A stretch of 64,000 bases of DNA, from NCBI GenBank assembly GCA_963823335.1, contig CAWGLD010000001.1, positions 736,001 through 800,000 on the forward strand, in the 5' to 3' direction. The position numbers and the translations under genes are program-made. The notes under the pieces are model-generated. The model was not told the DNA's origin, did no database searches, and worked only from the letters and a program-made list of their open reading frames with translations. Shown here in pieces: positions 32,225-42,802 of this stretch. This DNA comes from an uncultured delta proteobacterium (GTDB lineage: Bacteria > Desulfobacterota > Desulfobacteria > Desulfobacterales > B30-G6). The first letter of the stretch is position 1. Each line of letters starts with the position of its first letter.

Positions 32225-33979
32225 CTATCTGGTGATAGATACCGTTTTCGATATAGAATTGCTTACCCCTTCATTGTCGGTAACTGTTAGCGTGACGGTG
32301 TAATTTCCAGACGTGCCATATCTATGCCAGGGATTTTGCCTGGTGCTGTACTTACCATCGCCAAAGTTCCAAAGCCATGACACAACGCTTCCATCACTAT
32401 CAGTACTGCGATCTCTAAAAATAGCTATTGTTCTCCATTTGGTATAGCTGAAGTCAACGGCAGGTGAATGGTTTTGAGGAACGTCAGCGATCGTTATACG
32501 ATGTGTGTCGGACCGGCCCCCATAACTCGCTGTTATCGTACACGACTGATCCGATCCCACCAGACTGGCAGTTAAATACCCGTTGCTGTTGATACTCGCA
32601 TAACTGGAATTATCGTTCCAGCCGGCAAAGCCGGTCACCTCGCTGCTGTTCCCGTCACTGTAGATAGCCGTAAGAATATACTGTGCGCCAGTCTCCTCAT
32701 TGACCTGGGCTGGGCCGGATATTGCAACAGAATTCAATGTTGGGGTCTCGTTATGCGTGACATAAATAAAACTATCTGTCGTGTCTTTTAGACCTCCATG
32801 GTCTGTCACCGTTAATTTCAATTCGATGTTTTTATCAAAAGACTCTGCTTTTGGCGTTGTAAACGTCGTTACGGCTGATGTGGGATTTGAAAAAAAGACA
32901 GGGTCTCCTTCAACCTGGGTCCAAAGATATGAGGCAATACCATCATCAGAATCCGTTGAGGCTGAGGCATCCAATGTGACCAAGGTCTCCCCTGTAGTCT
33001 CCAGATAATCTGGAATGGCAACTGCAGTTGGTGGTTCATTTTGCCAGCTGACATTGACAATACATGAGTCAGTGCCCTGCAGCCCGCCAGTATCCGCTAC
33101 GGTAAGAATAAAGGTAAGAGAAACGCCACCAGATCCAACGTTCGGTGCTATAAATGTCGGCTTTGATGATGCAGGATCTGAAAGCGTAACCGCTGGAGCG
33201 CCGCTTTGGGTCCAAAGATAAGAGGAAATCCCATCATCAATATCCAACGACAACGATCCATCCAACGTAACAACCATGCCTTCAGCCACTGTTTGATCGG
33301 TCCCGGCGATGGCACGTGGTGGTTCGTTCTGAGATGTTACATTCACAACACACGCATCTTTTCCCTCGTTTCCATTGTGATCTGTAACAGTTAGTTCAAA
33401 GGTTAGGGCAGCACCTCCAAAATCTACATCAGGTGCTGTAAAAGTCGGTTGCTCTGCATGAGGATCAGATAGATTTACCACAGGCTCACCAGTTTGAACC
33501 CAGTGATACATTGCAATACCATCATCTGGGTCGGTCGAGTTCGAGCCGTTTAACAACACAGCCTGCCCTTTATTCACGGTCTGATCCGGGCCGGCATCTG
33601 CTGTTGGTGGTTTATTAATTATACTTCCTGGTTCAAGGCTAGCCTCTATGGAGTTTTCACTCTCATAGCCTTCGTTGTCGAATGCTCTTGCCACGAAAAA
33701 ATACGTCTTGCTTTCATCCAGATCGTAAATTGTACAATATGTGTCTGTTCCTTCCCAGGATGGATTTGCGTAATTGTAGGATTGGCTTTGTTCACGGTGG
33801 AAAATTCTGTAACCGGCCAAGTCCGGTTCAGTGTTCGGTTCCCATCTAAACGAGGCCTGGGTTGCGGCTGAAACATCGGGTATGAAGAAAAATGGGAAGT
33901 TTAGTGTTAAGAGAATAAACCAAAAAGAAAAAGAATAGTTGAATCGATATTTACTTAAATTTATAAACATATACCTCAC
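32225..33979 (-). CDS. Secreted Fn3 + Ig-like/K319L-type repeats + PKD domain protein
   Basis: WEPNTEPDLAGY Fn3; three A.AG.DQTV...S.D.DDGI repeats; WNFGDG PKD domain. Confidence 0.85.
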   Translation of the reverse strand: MRYMFINLSKYRFNYSFSFWFILLTLNFPFFFIPDVSAATQASFRWEPNTEPDLAGYRIFHREQSQSYNYANPSWEGTDTYCTIYDLDESKTYFFVARAFDNEGYESENSIEASLEPGSIINKPPTADAGPDQTVNKGQAVLLNGSNSTDPDDGIAMYHWVQTGEPVVNLSDPHAEQPTFTAPDVDFGGAALTFELTVTDHNGNEGKDACVVNVTSQNEPPRAIAGTDQTVAEGMVVTLDGSLSLDIDDGISSYLWTQSGAPAVTLSDPASSKPTFIAPNVGSGGVSLTFILTVADTGGLQGTDSCIVNVSWQNEPPTAVAIPDYLETTGETLVTLDASASTDSDDGIASYLWTQVEGDPVFFSNPTSAVTTFTTPKAESFDKNIELKLTVTDHGGLKDTTDSFIYVTHNETPTLNSVAISGPAQVNEETGAQYILTAIYSDGNSSEVTGFAGWNDNSSYASINSNGYLTASLVGSDQSCTITASYGGRSDTHRITIADVPQNHSPAVDFSYTKWRTIAIFRDRSTDSDGSVVSWLWNFGDGKYSTRQNPWHRYGTSGNYTVTLTVTDNEGVSNSISKTVSITR

Positions 33980-34412
33980 TTGCCTTCTTGCGTTATCGTT
34001 TCTGCGATCGTGGATGCTTCTTCTTTCAGACCGTGATAACCCCCACCGTCAACACCATATCGCCCCTGGTCTACAATTCTGAGATCTATACTAAGGCGCT
34101 TATCTTGCCCCATTCGCTACTTCCAACTTGTTAGTTACTGTTTCTCAGGATTGAGCCGGGCACTCTTATAGGGCCGATTCAGTGTTTGCAAGGAAATAAA
34201 ACAATACTGAGGAAAATTAGGCATTGATGCTGGGGTTGAAGTAAATAGAAAGTATTTATTAATTAACTTATTAATTAACTAGTTAACCACAAGAAATGGG
34301 CTGTGGGCCCCGAAGAGGAATAACTCTGATTATTTTCTATTGATTAATCGAGAAGACACTTAGGGGCGCTTAAGTAGAATTGGTTGTAGGAATTGCTATT
34401 CTGAAAATCACA

Positions 34413-34452
34413 TTAAAAAAGGGCTTACAAGCCTTATGCTCGTAAACCCTTG
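34413..34452 (-). terminator. Intrinsic terminator downstream of tRNA-Val
   Basis: AAGGGTTTACGAGC...GCTTGTAAGCCCTTTTTT on the minus strand. Confidence 0.75.
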
Positions 34453-34459
34453 TTATTGA

Positions 34460-34534
34460 TGGTAGGCACGGTTGGATTTGAACCAACGACTTCTACCGTG
34501 TCAGGGTAGCGCTCTCCCCCTGAGCTACGTGCCT
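34460..34534 (-). tRNA. tRNA-Val(GAC)
   Basis: AGGCACG acceptor stem, TAGCTCAG D-arm, CTGACAC anticodon loop, GTTCAAATC T-loop, encoded CCA; 75 nt. Confidence 0.97.
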
Positions 34535-34604
34535 TTAAATCAAGCATTCTGGATATCACTGCCCCGGGATGCTGTCAAGAAAAATGAAAACAGGCAGAAA
34601 CTCC

Positions 34605-35159
34605 CTAGGTTTCTTCATTTTTGGAACCATTCTGAAGAATGTTCATGCCAAAATAGATATAATGCAGCCCTGATACAGTCGTGAGACCGGCCGTAACCCA
34701 GAACAGAATTCTCATGAGCACGGAATATCCAGCCAGCCCGACGTGCACCAGGGCCAGAATGATCGTCGTAATCTGGGCCACTGTCGTAATTTTACTGATG
34801 ATGCTGGGTTTAATTTTATAGGATTTTTCCGTCAGCGTAAAAATGGCAATGCCCATGACGATAAGCACATCCCGGCTGATAACGATGACCGTGACCCAGC
34901 TGGGCACGATTTTCAGTATGGCCAGGCTGACAAAAGCAGACACCAGCAACAGCTTGTCCGCTATCGGATCAAGATAGGCCCCCAGCGTTGTGCGCTGATT
35001 AAAATATCTGGCAATAAATCCGTCCAGACCATCGCTGATGCCTGCAACGGTAAAAATCAGCAACGCCGGACCAAAGAGGTCCCTCAGGAGTACGATCACA
35101 AAGAGCGGCGTGAGCAAAATCCTGATAATCGTCAGTAGGTTGGGCACATTGATAGGCAT
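34605..35159 (-). CDS. pgsA: CDP-alcohol phosphatidyltransferase (PgsA-like)
   Basis: PNLLT..R; D.LDGFIAR...G.YLDP.ADK. Confidence 0.88.
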   Translation of the reverse strand: MPINVPNLLTIIRILLTPLFVIVLLRDLFGPALLIFTVAGISDGLDGFIARYFNQRTTLGAYLDPIADKLLLVSAFVSLAILKIVPSWVTVIVISRDVLIVMGIAIFTLTEKSYKIKPSIISKITTVAQITTIILALVHVGLAGYSVLMRILFWVTAGLTTVSGLHYIYFGMNILQNGSKNEET

Positions 35160-35205
35160 ATTAAAAACGTTCCACGGTTCTTGAACCTAAAGTGAGTGTT
35201 TCGGG

Positions 35206-36396
35206 TTAACCGACCACAAGCTCTATACCCAATCGCCCCGGAGACACCTCATAAATATCGATACCAAAAGATTCAAAGGTCTTTAATAACAATTCATCGG
35301 CAAGAGACTGGGCCGTGCCCTCGTAATCCACGGAAATAATCGACTCATCCGCCTTCATGACCTTGATGTGTATCGCTTTTACCCCGGGAATTTTCCCCAG
35401 TGCTTTGCGAAACTTGATAAAATTTGCCAGCTCCCGGGTACCGTGAACACTGATTTCCACCAGAGATTGCTGATCGGACTCGCTTTCCCAGGCAGATGTC
35501 AGTTGCAGAATCATTTCCTGGCCAACGAGCGTGCCGGCATTGAACAACGCCTCGCGTCCACCCATTTCATCGTTTTCACTTGCAAAAACCGCCGTTCTTG
35601 CAGCAAAGGCAATTTCCTTTCCGGTCTCCGTGCGATATGCTTTTGCGCTTACAGAGCCTTTAAAGGTTTTCACGGTACCATCCATCACATTGCTTGTTTT
35701 TTCTGCTGTGGCCGTTCCGATAATCACGACATCCGCTGTCATGTGCTTGCTGAGGTCGATGGCATCCTGCAGGGAAATGTCGGTCCGATAGTTCAAGGGT
35801 TCCACGATAACGCCATGGTTGATCACCGTCATGCCTTTATCTCGCATGGTTTGCGCCATGGCCTCTTCTGATAAAGGAACCACGAATACGAGGTCTTTGC
35901 CCCACCAGTAAACCGGCTTATTGTCCCCTATTTTTTTCTCTGCCAGAAGAAAAAGGATCTTCGGCATTACATGTTCCTGCACAATCAGGTCGGCACGCAG
36001 GAGGGTTTCCTTGATTCTGTCTTTCATTACCGTGGCCTGCACAATAGCCCGATAGTTGTTTCCGGACAGGTACTCCGTCAACACCTTGTAACCCTGGATG
36101 AAACGATCGGTCTTATTATAAAGAAGCTCATTAAAAAGCTTGAATTCACCTACCTGCTGCTGGAAAGACTGAATTTCAGCGGCTACGGTAGCTACCGCGG
36201 ACACAAGGGCATTCGAGATAGCCTGTTCCTTGGCCGATGCCATATCATTACCATGAATGGCTCCGGACCCAACAACATCCACAACGCGTACGTTATCCTT
36301 TTCCTGCGCCAGAACAGGGCAACACAATGTCCATAAGAGGACCATATTGACCAGCAGAAAACCCGTTCTTTTAATTGATTTTAAAGCAAAATACAT
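35206..36396 (-). CDS. Exported hypothetical protein (FlgT N-terminal-like)
   Basis: Signal peptide; G.G.I...AKEQAISNAL pattern. Confidence 0.7.
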   Translation of the reverse strand: MYFALKSIKRTGFLLVNMVLLWTLCCPVLAQEKDNVRVVDVVGSGAIHGNDMASAKEQAISNALVSAVATVAAEIQSFQQQVGEFKLFNELLYNKTDRFIQGYKVLTEYLSGNNYRAIVQATVMKDRIKETLLRADLIVQEHVMPKILFLLAEKKIGDNKPVYWWGKDLVFVVPLSEEAMAQTMRDKGMTVINHGVIVEPLNYRTDISLQDAIDLSKHMTADVVIIGTATAEKTSNVMDGTVKTFKGSVSAKAYRTETGKEIAFAARTAVFASENDEMGGREALFNAGTLVGQEMILQLTSAWESESDQQSLVEISVHGTRELANFIKFRKALGKIPGVKAIHIKVMKADESIISVDYEGTAQSLADELLLKTFESFGIDIYEVSPGRLGIELVVG

Positions 36397-36508
36397 GCGC
36401 CTTCACCTTTTCTTAAAAACGGTTTTTGTCATTTGGAAAACTTCCCAACCCTGATATGCCGGGATCCCCCACAGGCCATAGAGAATGGAATGCGCTCACT
36501 GCTGCGGC

Positions 36509-37489
36509 TCAGTGCGTTCTTTCAAGAGCATACCCGGCTATATCGAACAGAATATCCCTGGTGGGCGACACCGGAAACAGCTCAAGCGCCTGGCGGGATT
36601 TGGCGGTGTGCTCAAACGCCAATGTCCTGGTATAGTCAAAGCCGCCATATTCTGATATCTTTTCTGCCAGCCATCTGAAATCATTATCGCTAAATTTTTC
36701 GTCTCGGATGATTTTCTCCATCAAAACACGGTCCCCGGGCGCGGCCTGGTTTAACGCAACAATGACAGGCAGCGTCAGTTTCCCCTCCCTGAGATCTGCC
36801 CCGACTGTTTTACCGAGAATCTGCGTGTCAAAGGTGTAGTCGAGCAGGTCATCCACCATCTGAAAGGCCATGCCAAGATTGTAGCCATATTGTGCAAGGG
36901 CCAGTTCTTTTTCTTCAGATGCCTCTGCAAGGATAGCACTGATACGGCATGCGCCTTGAAACAACACGGCTGTTTTACACTTGATGATATCCATGTACTC
37001 TCTTTCGGTCAGGTCTAGTTTGCCTTTGCGGTGGATCTGGTGAATTTCGCCCTGTGACATGTTTTCAGTGATTTCGGAAATAATCTTAATGATTCTGGGT
37101 TCCTCTGTCTCTGCGGCAATCGCCAGGCCGCGTGCCAGAAGAAAATCTCCCACCAGCACCGCAATCTCGTTGCCCCATACAGCATGAGAGGCGGGTTTTC
37201 CTCTACGCAGGTCGGCACCGTCCACCAGGTCGTCGTGCAACAGGGTCGCGGCATGGAGATATTCAAAAATGACCGAAAAGGTTTTGTCATAATCACCACG
37301 GTAATCACACAGTCTTGCCGACAGTACCATCAACAAGGGCCGCAGGCGTTTCCCGCCGCTGAAGAGTATGTGATGGGCCACCTTGGAAACCAGGTCCAGA
37401 TTGGGGTGCAGATTTTCGAGCAGCGCCACCTCGATACCGGCTAGATCGTCTTCGACCAGCGACAGGATTTTATTTTTCAGATCGTTCAC
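36509..37489 (-). CDS. Polyprenyl diphosphate synthase
   Basis: GGKRLRP, LHDDLVD, FQMVDDLLD. Confidence 0.95.
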   Translation of the reverse strand: MNDLKNKILSLVEDDLAGIEVALLENLHPNLDLVSKVAHHILFSGGKRLRPLLMVLSARLCDYRGDYDKTFSVIFEYLHAATLLHDDLVDGADLRRGKPASHAVWGNEIAVLVGDFLLARGLAIAAETEEPRIIKIISEITENMSQGEIHQIHRKGKLDLTEREYMDIIKCKTAVLFQGACRISAILAEASEEKELALAQYGYNLGMAFQMVDDLLDYTFDTQILGKTVGADLREGKLTLPVIVALNQAAPGDRVLMEKIIRDEKFSDNDFRWLAEKISEYGGFDYTRTLAFEHTAKSRQALELFPVSPTRDILFDIAGYALERTH

Positions 37490-38802
37490 AATGCCTCTCC
37501 GGTCAAGTCATACTCCAGTGTGTCGGTAATCCGAACATCTGCAAATCCACCAATTGTCAATCGGTCCTTGTGAACATAGGTAATACCATCAACTTCAGGT
37601 GCCTGGAAAACGGTCCTGCCGATGTATAGTCCTTTTTCGGGCATTTCTTCGATGAGCACAGGCAGGGTCTGGTGCAGATATTTTTCATTGTTTCCGGCAG
37701 ACAGCTCCATCTGTCGTGACATGATCGCGTCGTAGCGTTTCATGGCAATCTCCTCCGGCACATGGCGACCCAGACCGTGTGATGCTAAATCCTCTGAATC
37801 AGAATAATTAAAAACACCCAGGTGGTCAAATTGAATTTTCTCGATACAACTGAACAGTTCATCAAAATCCGATTCGCTTTCCCCCGGGAATCCCGTGATG
37901 ACGGTTGTTCTGAGGCATGCGTCACCGGCAATGGAACGGATTCGGTCAAACAGCCTGAAAAGATCCTCTTTTTGATACTGCCTTCCCATTTTTTTCAATA
38001 TCCGGTCGCTTGCATGCTGGATGGGAATGTCAAAATAAGAGCAGATATTGTCTGCCTGGTGCATGGTTCGAATCAGGGTGTCGTCCATGCTCTCCGGGTG
38101 CCCGTAAAGTATCCGGATCCATATGTCCGATGATATGGCCGATAGTTCCCGCAACAGACGGGAAAGACCATTGGACAAACCAATGTCGCTACCATAGGCG
38201 GTTGTTTCCTGCGCCACCAGCACCAGTTCTTTGACACCCGATTGAACCAGGGTGTCGGCTTCCTGAACAATTTTGTTAATTGGACGGCTTTTTTGTCTGC
38301 CGCGCAGTTTAGGGATGATGCAGTAAGTGCAGTGCCGGTCGCACCCTTCGGCAATTTTGAGATAGGACATGGGCAGGGATTGCCCGACTCTCGGCAATAC
38401 TTCGCTGTAGCTCTGCAATGCGTCCGGGTCCGGCAAAATACACCTGGGGCGGTTCTCCTGCTCCATGACGGCTTCGACAATTCGGTCGTAAGCACCGGTA
38501 CCCAGAAACATGTCGACTTCGGGGAGACTGCTGACAATCTCTTCCCGAAAACGTTCCGGGAGGCAACCCGCGACGATCAATCGGCGGCAGGTACCATGGG
38601 TCTTATGCCTGGCCAGTGCGAGAATGGTATCGATGGATTCGTTGATAGCCGATTCGATAAAGCTGCAGGTGTTGATGACAATCACTTCCGCCTCGGCCGG
38701 GGTTTCCGTGGTTTCGTGTCCGGCAGCCAGCAATCGACCTGTCATGGATTCGCTGTCAACAAGATTGCGGGCGCAACCGAGACTGGCAACATGAAATATC
38801 AT
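37486..38802 (-). CDS. rimO: Ribosomal protein S12 methylthiotransferase
   Basis: SLGCARNLVDSE, KIAEGCDRHCTYC, APEVDG. Confidence 0.96.
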   Translation of the reverse strand: MIFHVASLGCARNLVDSESMTGRLLAAGHETTETPAEAEVIVINTCSFIESAINESIDTILALARHKTHGTCRRLIVAGCLPERFREEIVSSLPEVDMFLGTGAYDRIVEAVMEQENRPRCILPDPDALQSYSEVLPRVGQSLPMSYLKIAEGCDRHCTYCIIPKLRGRQKSRPINKIVQEADTLVQSGVKELVLVAQETTAYGSDIGLSNGLSRLLRELSAISSDIWIRILYGHPESMDDTLIRTMHQADNICSYFDIPIQHASDRILKKMGRQYQKEDLFRLFDRIRSIAGDACLRTTVITGFPGESESDFDELFSCIEKIQFDHLGVFNYSDSEDLASHGLGRHVPEEIAMKRYDAIMSRQMELSAGNNEKYLHQTLPVLIEEMPEKGLYIGRTVFQAPEVDGITYVHKDRLTIGGFADVRITDTLEYDLTGEAL

Positions 38803-39764
38803 CCTGAAATCTTTTTAATTTCTTCGGTGATATAGGGTGCAATTTCAAACAGGTCTGCCACAACAGCATAATCGGCCTTGGCAAATATGGGCGCTTCCGA
38901 ATCATTGTTGATGGCCACGATAACCTTGGAGGACGACATGCCGGCCAGATGCTGAATAGCGCCGGAGATACCAAAAGCCATGTAGAGCCCGGGTGATACG
39001 ACCTTGCCGGTCTGGCCCACCTGGTCTGAGTGGGCTCGCCAGCCCTCGTCCACAGCCGCCCGGGATGCCCCCACGGCCGCACCAAGAACATCTGCCAGGG
39101 CTTCAACCACGGAATAGTCGTCTCCGCCCATACCCCGGCCCCCTGAAACGACGATATTTGCCTCGGTCAGGTCGATTTTACCGGTTTCCATTCTTTTTTC
39201 AACAAAAGTCATGCTCACCTTGCCGATCTCTGCCGATATTTTTTCCACGACGGCCTCACCACCGGTTTTATTGATCTTGGCTGTATTGGGTCGCACTGAG
39301 AACATCTGGCGCTCTCCCTCTAAAACGACATTCGCCAGCAGCTTGCCACCGTAGATGGGCCGTGTGGCAGTCAGGCCCTCACCATCACATGTGATGGTCA
39401 CACAATCCGCTGCCAGGGGTGCACCAAACCGCGCCGCGACACGCGCGGAAAGGTCTTTCCCCTGGACCGAAGCGCCAAAGAGGAGTATGCCCGGGTCTTC
39501 CTGTTGAATGACCACTGACAAGGCATTGGCATAGGCGTCTGTCAGGTACTCGGCAAGCTGTGAATCCTCAACTGCCAGGATCCTGTCCGGGCCATACGCC
39601 TGGAGCTCCTGCGCTGATGCCTCAATACCAGCCCCCAAAACAACGGCCGTCAATTGACAGCCCAGTTTATCCGCGATCCGCTTTCCTTCGCTCAAAACTT
39701 CAAAAGTGACCTTTCTAAAGATACCGTCACTCTGCTCTGCAACGACCATGATTCCCTTTGTCAT
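38799..39764 (-). CDS. etfA: Electron transfer flavoprotein alpha subunit
   Basis: VVSGGRG, GASRAAVD, QVGQTGK, GISGAIQHLAGM. Confidence 0.96.
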   Translation of the reverse strand: MTKGIMVVAEQSDGIFRKVTFEVLSEGKRIADKLGCQLTAVVLGAGIEASAQELQAYGPDRILAVEDSQLAEYLTDAYANALSVVIQQEDPGILLFGASVQGKDLSARVAARFGAPLAADCVTITCDGEGLTATRPIYGGKLLANVVLEGERQMFSVRPNTAKINKTGGEAVVEKISAEIGKVSMTFVEKRMETGKIDLTEANIVVSGGRGMGGDDYSVVEALADVLGAAVGASRAAVDEGWRAHSDQVGQTGKVVSPGLYMAFGISGAIQHLAGMSSSKVIVAINNDSEAPIFAKADYAVVADLFEIAPYITEEIKKISG

Positions 39765-39887
39765 GTTTCACCTCTTATTTTAACCGGGCCAGAAGCCTTG
39801 ATATGATTAAATTCTAGGGTAATTAAATTTTAGAAATATTATGCAGATGAAATTCTAAATCCGAATATCGAAATTCGTGCTTCGGAT

Positions 39888-40670
39888 TTAAATAACCTTC
39901 GCCTCTTCGTGTAATATTCTCACCAGTTCCCGGGCCTTTTCCTGGGGGGTCTCCCCCTCGACAACCTGGCCCCCTTTTCTTTCCGGCGGCGGTTTCAAGG
40001 CCTTGATTTTCATTTTGACTGCCGGGAAGGTCTGGGGATCAAAACCCAGATCGGTCAGCGTTTTGCTGTCCAGGGGTTTCTTTTTGGCTTTCATAATACC
40101 CGGCAGCGACGCGTACCTGGGATCGTTCAAGCCCCTCTGGGTCGTAATGAGCGCCGGCAGCGGCGCTTCCACCACGGCGACACCCCCATCGATGGTCTTG
40201 TGGCATTTGATCCTGTTTTCAGCGATCTCCTCTTTTATCACCATGGTGATGCTCGGGATGCCCAGGATCTCGGCCACGGCCGAACCAACCATGTAGGCAT
40301 CGTCGTCCACGGCCCGCTGCCCTGCAATGATCAGGTCAAAGGGTTCCTCCTTGGCCACCGCGGCCAACACCGTTGCCGTACTAAAAGGGTCACAGTCCAC
40401 CAGAACAGGGTCTGAAACCAGTACCCCCCTGTCGGCGCCCATGGCCAAAGCCGTTCGAATCGCCTCGGCCGCTTTTTCACGCCCCACACTCAGAATCGTT
40501 ACAGTCCCGCCGTGGGCCTCCCGTAAACGGAGCGCCTCTTCCACGGCCAGTTCATCGTACGGGTTGATGACCCATTTGAGGTCATCGGTCTTGATGGAGA
40601 CCCCATCTCCTGCTATTTCAATTATCGACTCAGTCGAAGGAACCTGTTTTAACAGTACCAAAACGTCCAC
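39888..40670 (-). CDS. etfB: Electron transfer flavoprotein beta subunit
   Basis: KQVP, INPYDELAVEEALRL, ALAMGAD, PRYASLPGIMKAKKK. Confidence 0.96.
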   Translation of the reverse strand: MDVLVLLKQVPSTESIIEIAGDGVSIKTDDLKWVINPYDELAVEEALRLREAHGGTVTILSVGREKAAEAIRTALAMGADRGVLVSDPVLVDCDPFSTATVLAAVAKEEPFDLIIAGQRAVDDDAYMVGSAVAEILGIPSITMVIKEEIAENRIKCHKTIDGGVAVVEAPLPALITTQRGLNDPRYASLPGIMKAKKKPLDSKTLTDLGFDPQTFPAVKMKIKALKPPPERKGGQVVEGETPQEKARELVRILHEEAKVI

Positions 40671-40980
40671 GCGGATGCCTCCTTTATTTTTACCGTTTAT
40701 AACAACCAGATATATTTGCGCTTTCCAAATGATAATTCCTACAGAACTGCCATTTCATTGTCAAATAAAATCGTTACACGATTTTATCAGACGCGGCGGT
40801 GCCGCTCTTAAGGGTCCACATTTGGCGACAGATAAATTTATCCTGGGCGGTGCGGGGACGTATAGGTCGTGATGCCGACAATTAGCCGGGCAAGGGATAT
40901 TTAGATGATAACAAAGGGTTAATATCTCTCACAGAGACCACAGAGTCGCAGGGAAATATTTTTTTCTTTTCTTTTTAGGA

Positions 40981-41042
40981 TGTAGCGCAGAGCTTCAGCT
41001 CTGCCTGTACATGTTTTTGCAGGTCTAAAGACCTGCGCTACA
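40981..41042. repeat. GTAG-family REP doublet (REPIN); other copies at 46352-46414 and 62648-62710
   Basis: TGTAGCGCAGAGCTTCAGCTCTGC...GCAGGTCTAAAGACCTGCGCTACA. Confidence 0.85.
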
Positions 41043-42548
41043 TTACATGGAACCACCTACAACCTTTAAGTGTCGGCAGGAAAAATGAGCTTGAAAATCG
41101 TTTCGACCGGAGCTGTGGCAATCCTCTGTTTTCTTGCAGAACGCACACGCTGTAATTTCTCCTGGACAGATGTCAGTGGAATTCGGGATATATGGGCATC
41201 TTGACGATGTCATATCCATGTTGAAATGATACCGTTCGGAAAATATCTTGATGCGCATGAGATCTGTCCCTTTTCCACCGGCATTGAAATCAAAGGGCTT
41301 TTTTGTGGAATATCCATCCGTGTCCTGGGTTGGATAAAAGCCTTCAAACATGTACTTGCGATGCCTGGCCACGATACCGGTCCCAAAATCATGAACTGTC
41401 AAGTTTACACTTTTTTCCGTATCCTTTACCGAAATATCGATTCTGCCCTCATCCGGTGTGTTTTCGATGGCATTTTTTATGAGTCCAAACACGATCGAAA
41501 AGAGAATTCTTTTGGGGATGGTAATCCTTTTGGATGCCTCGGCATGGATGCGCATATCGAGCTTTCTGTGACCGATCTCCGATTCCACCCGCTGCAGGGT
41601 TTCTCTTAAAAAACGTCCCAGATCGAGGGATTCCGGAACCTGTTCTACCGGGCGGTACAGTTCATCGATTCGTTTCTTCATCTTTTCAACAACCATGCCT
41701 TCGCCCGCCTGTTCTGCGGTCAAGGCCTCTATCATATCGCTGCATTCTTTAAAAAGCGCCGAAAGGATACGATGATGTGGAAACGCCCTGTCCTGCATAA
41801 TATCTTCTACACCCCGCTGAATGCTCGACAGTCGTGCCAGACTCCTCTCCGCCCTGTCAAATGTTCGGATCCACCGGGTCTCCGGTATTTCCGACAGGGG
41901 TCTCCGCAAAATCGACAGCGCCGTTTTCAGAAGTGAAATAGGTGTTTTCAACTCATGAGAAAGATGGTTGATGACCTTGCTTTTTGCCCGGTTAAGGCTG
42001 TTGACCTCTCGAAATGCCGATTTCAATGCCAGGGTAGAGCGAACATTTTTCAACGTAACCGCCAGATTGATTAACAGTGTTTCCAGCAGTTCCGTATCAT
42101 CAGCGGTGTAGGGGTCGCCGACAATCTTGGCGCCCAATCCCATAATACCGTTGCAGTTATATGCGATATTAAAAATCAAGACATCGGCAAAAAAGGGAGG
42201 GAAAAGTGACACGCGTTGCTTTTCGTCTACATGGTCCATGGCTGGGATGTACTCATAAGTGGCGAGCAGTTTCTGGCACCCCTTTTCGATAAGCGGGCGG
42301 GTCTCTTCATCGATTCCAACGCTAATCAATTTATTGGGAATCAAGGCTTTCTCTTCGTCGATGAATGCAAATCCTTCGATAACACCAAAACTGCCCAGGG
42401 TCATCAAGAGAAAATTTCGCAAGGTGCCGTCAATATTTCCCTGATCCAGGAGCACGTGGCTGACATCGCACAGGGTTTTTAGATGAAACAGTCTTTTACT
42501 GAGCTCAGATTCCGCGGCTTCGTTTTCCTTATGATAATCTTCCTTCAC
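41043..42548 (-). CDS. Cytoplasmic histidine kinase with N-terminal GAF-like domain (probable frameshift near 41103)
   Basis: HLSHELKTP H-box, IKNAIE, DFGTGI, GKGTDL; the expected terminal strand TIFKLIFP is in another frame. Confidence 0.85.
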   Translation of the reverse strand: MKEDYHKENEAAESELSKRLFHLKTLCDVSHVLLDQGNIDGTLRNFLLMTLGSFGVIEGFAFIDEEKALIPNKLISVGIDEETRPLIEKGCQKLLATYEYIPAMDHVDEKQRVSLFPPFFADVLIFNIAYNCNGIMGLGAKIVGDPYTADDTELLETLLINLAVTLKNVRSTLALKSAFREVNSLNRAKSKVINHLSHELKTPISLLKTALSILRRPLSEIPETRWIRTFDRAERSLARLSSIQRGVEDIMQDRAFPHHRILSALFKECSDMIEALTAEQAGEGMVVEKMKKRIDELYRPVEQVPESLDLGRFLRETLQRVESEIGHRKLDMRIHAEASKRITIPKRILFSIVFGLIKNAIENTPDEGRIDISVKDTEKSVNLTVHDFGTGIVARHRKYMFEGFYPTQDTDGYSTKKPFDFNAGGKGTDLMRIKIFSERYHFNMDMTSSRCPYIPNSTDICPGEITACAFCKKTEDCHSSGRNDFQAHFSCRHLKVVGGSM

Positions 42549-42654
42549 ATCTAAATCTCCCCTAAGGATGGATGGAATTGCTTTAAAATCGTATTTCTAG
42601 TATAGTGTCCCATCTTTTATTGTGGGTTTTTTCTGCGTGCTAACTAGTCAAACC

Positions 42655-42746
42655 CCGTCATGCTGGGCGTGACAAGCCTGCCCCGGCAAGTAGTTAGCCG
42701 GGGGCATCCAGAGTCTTTCTGGACTCCCGCCGCCGCGGGAGTGACA
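42655..42746. repeat. GTCAT...CATCCAG/CTGGACTCCCGC...GCGGGAGTGAC palindromic repeat; degenerate relative at ~43815-43895
   Basis: Nested hairpins visible in the sequence. Confidence 0.6.
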
Positions 42747-42802
42747 GTATTTTTTATGGAATCTTGTAAATATCGATTCTAAAGATGATGCCTAGGACAT
42801 AA

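Noticed and set aside
34100-34190. c-di-AMP (ydaO) riboswitch upstream of the PKD gene
   Set aside because: Only fragments (CTGAATC, GCCCG) resemble the consensus; not supportable without a covariance search
34460-34534. Prophage or ICE integrated at tRNA-Val
   Set aside because: No integrase, phage genes or duplicated tRNA 3' end in the window
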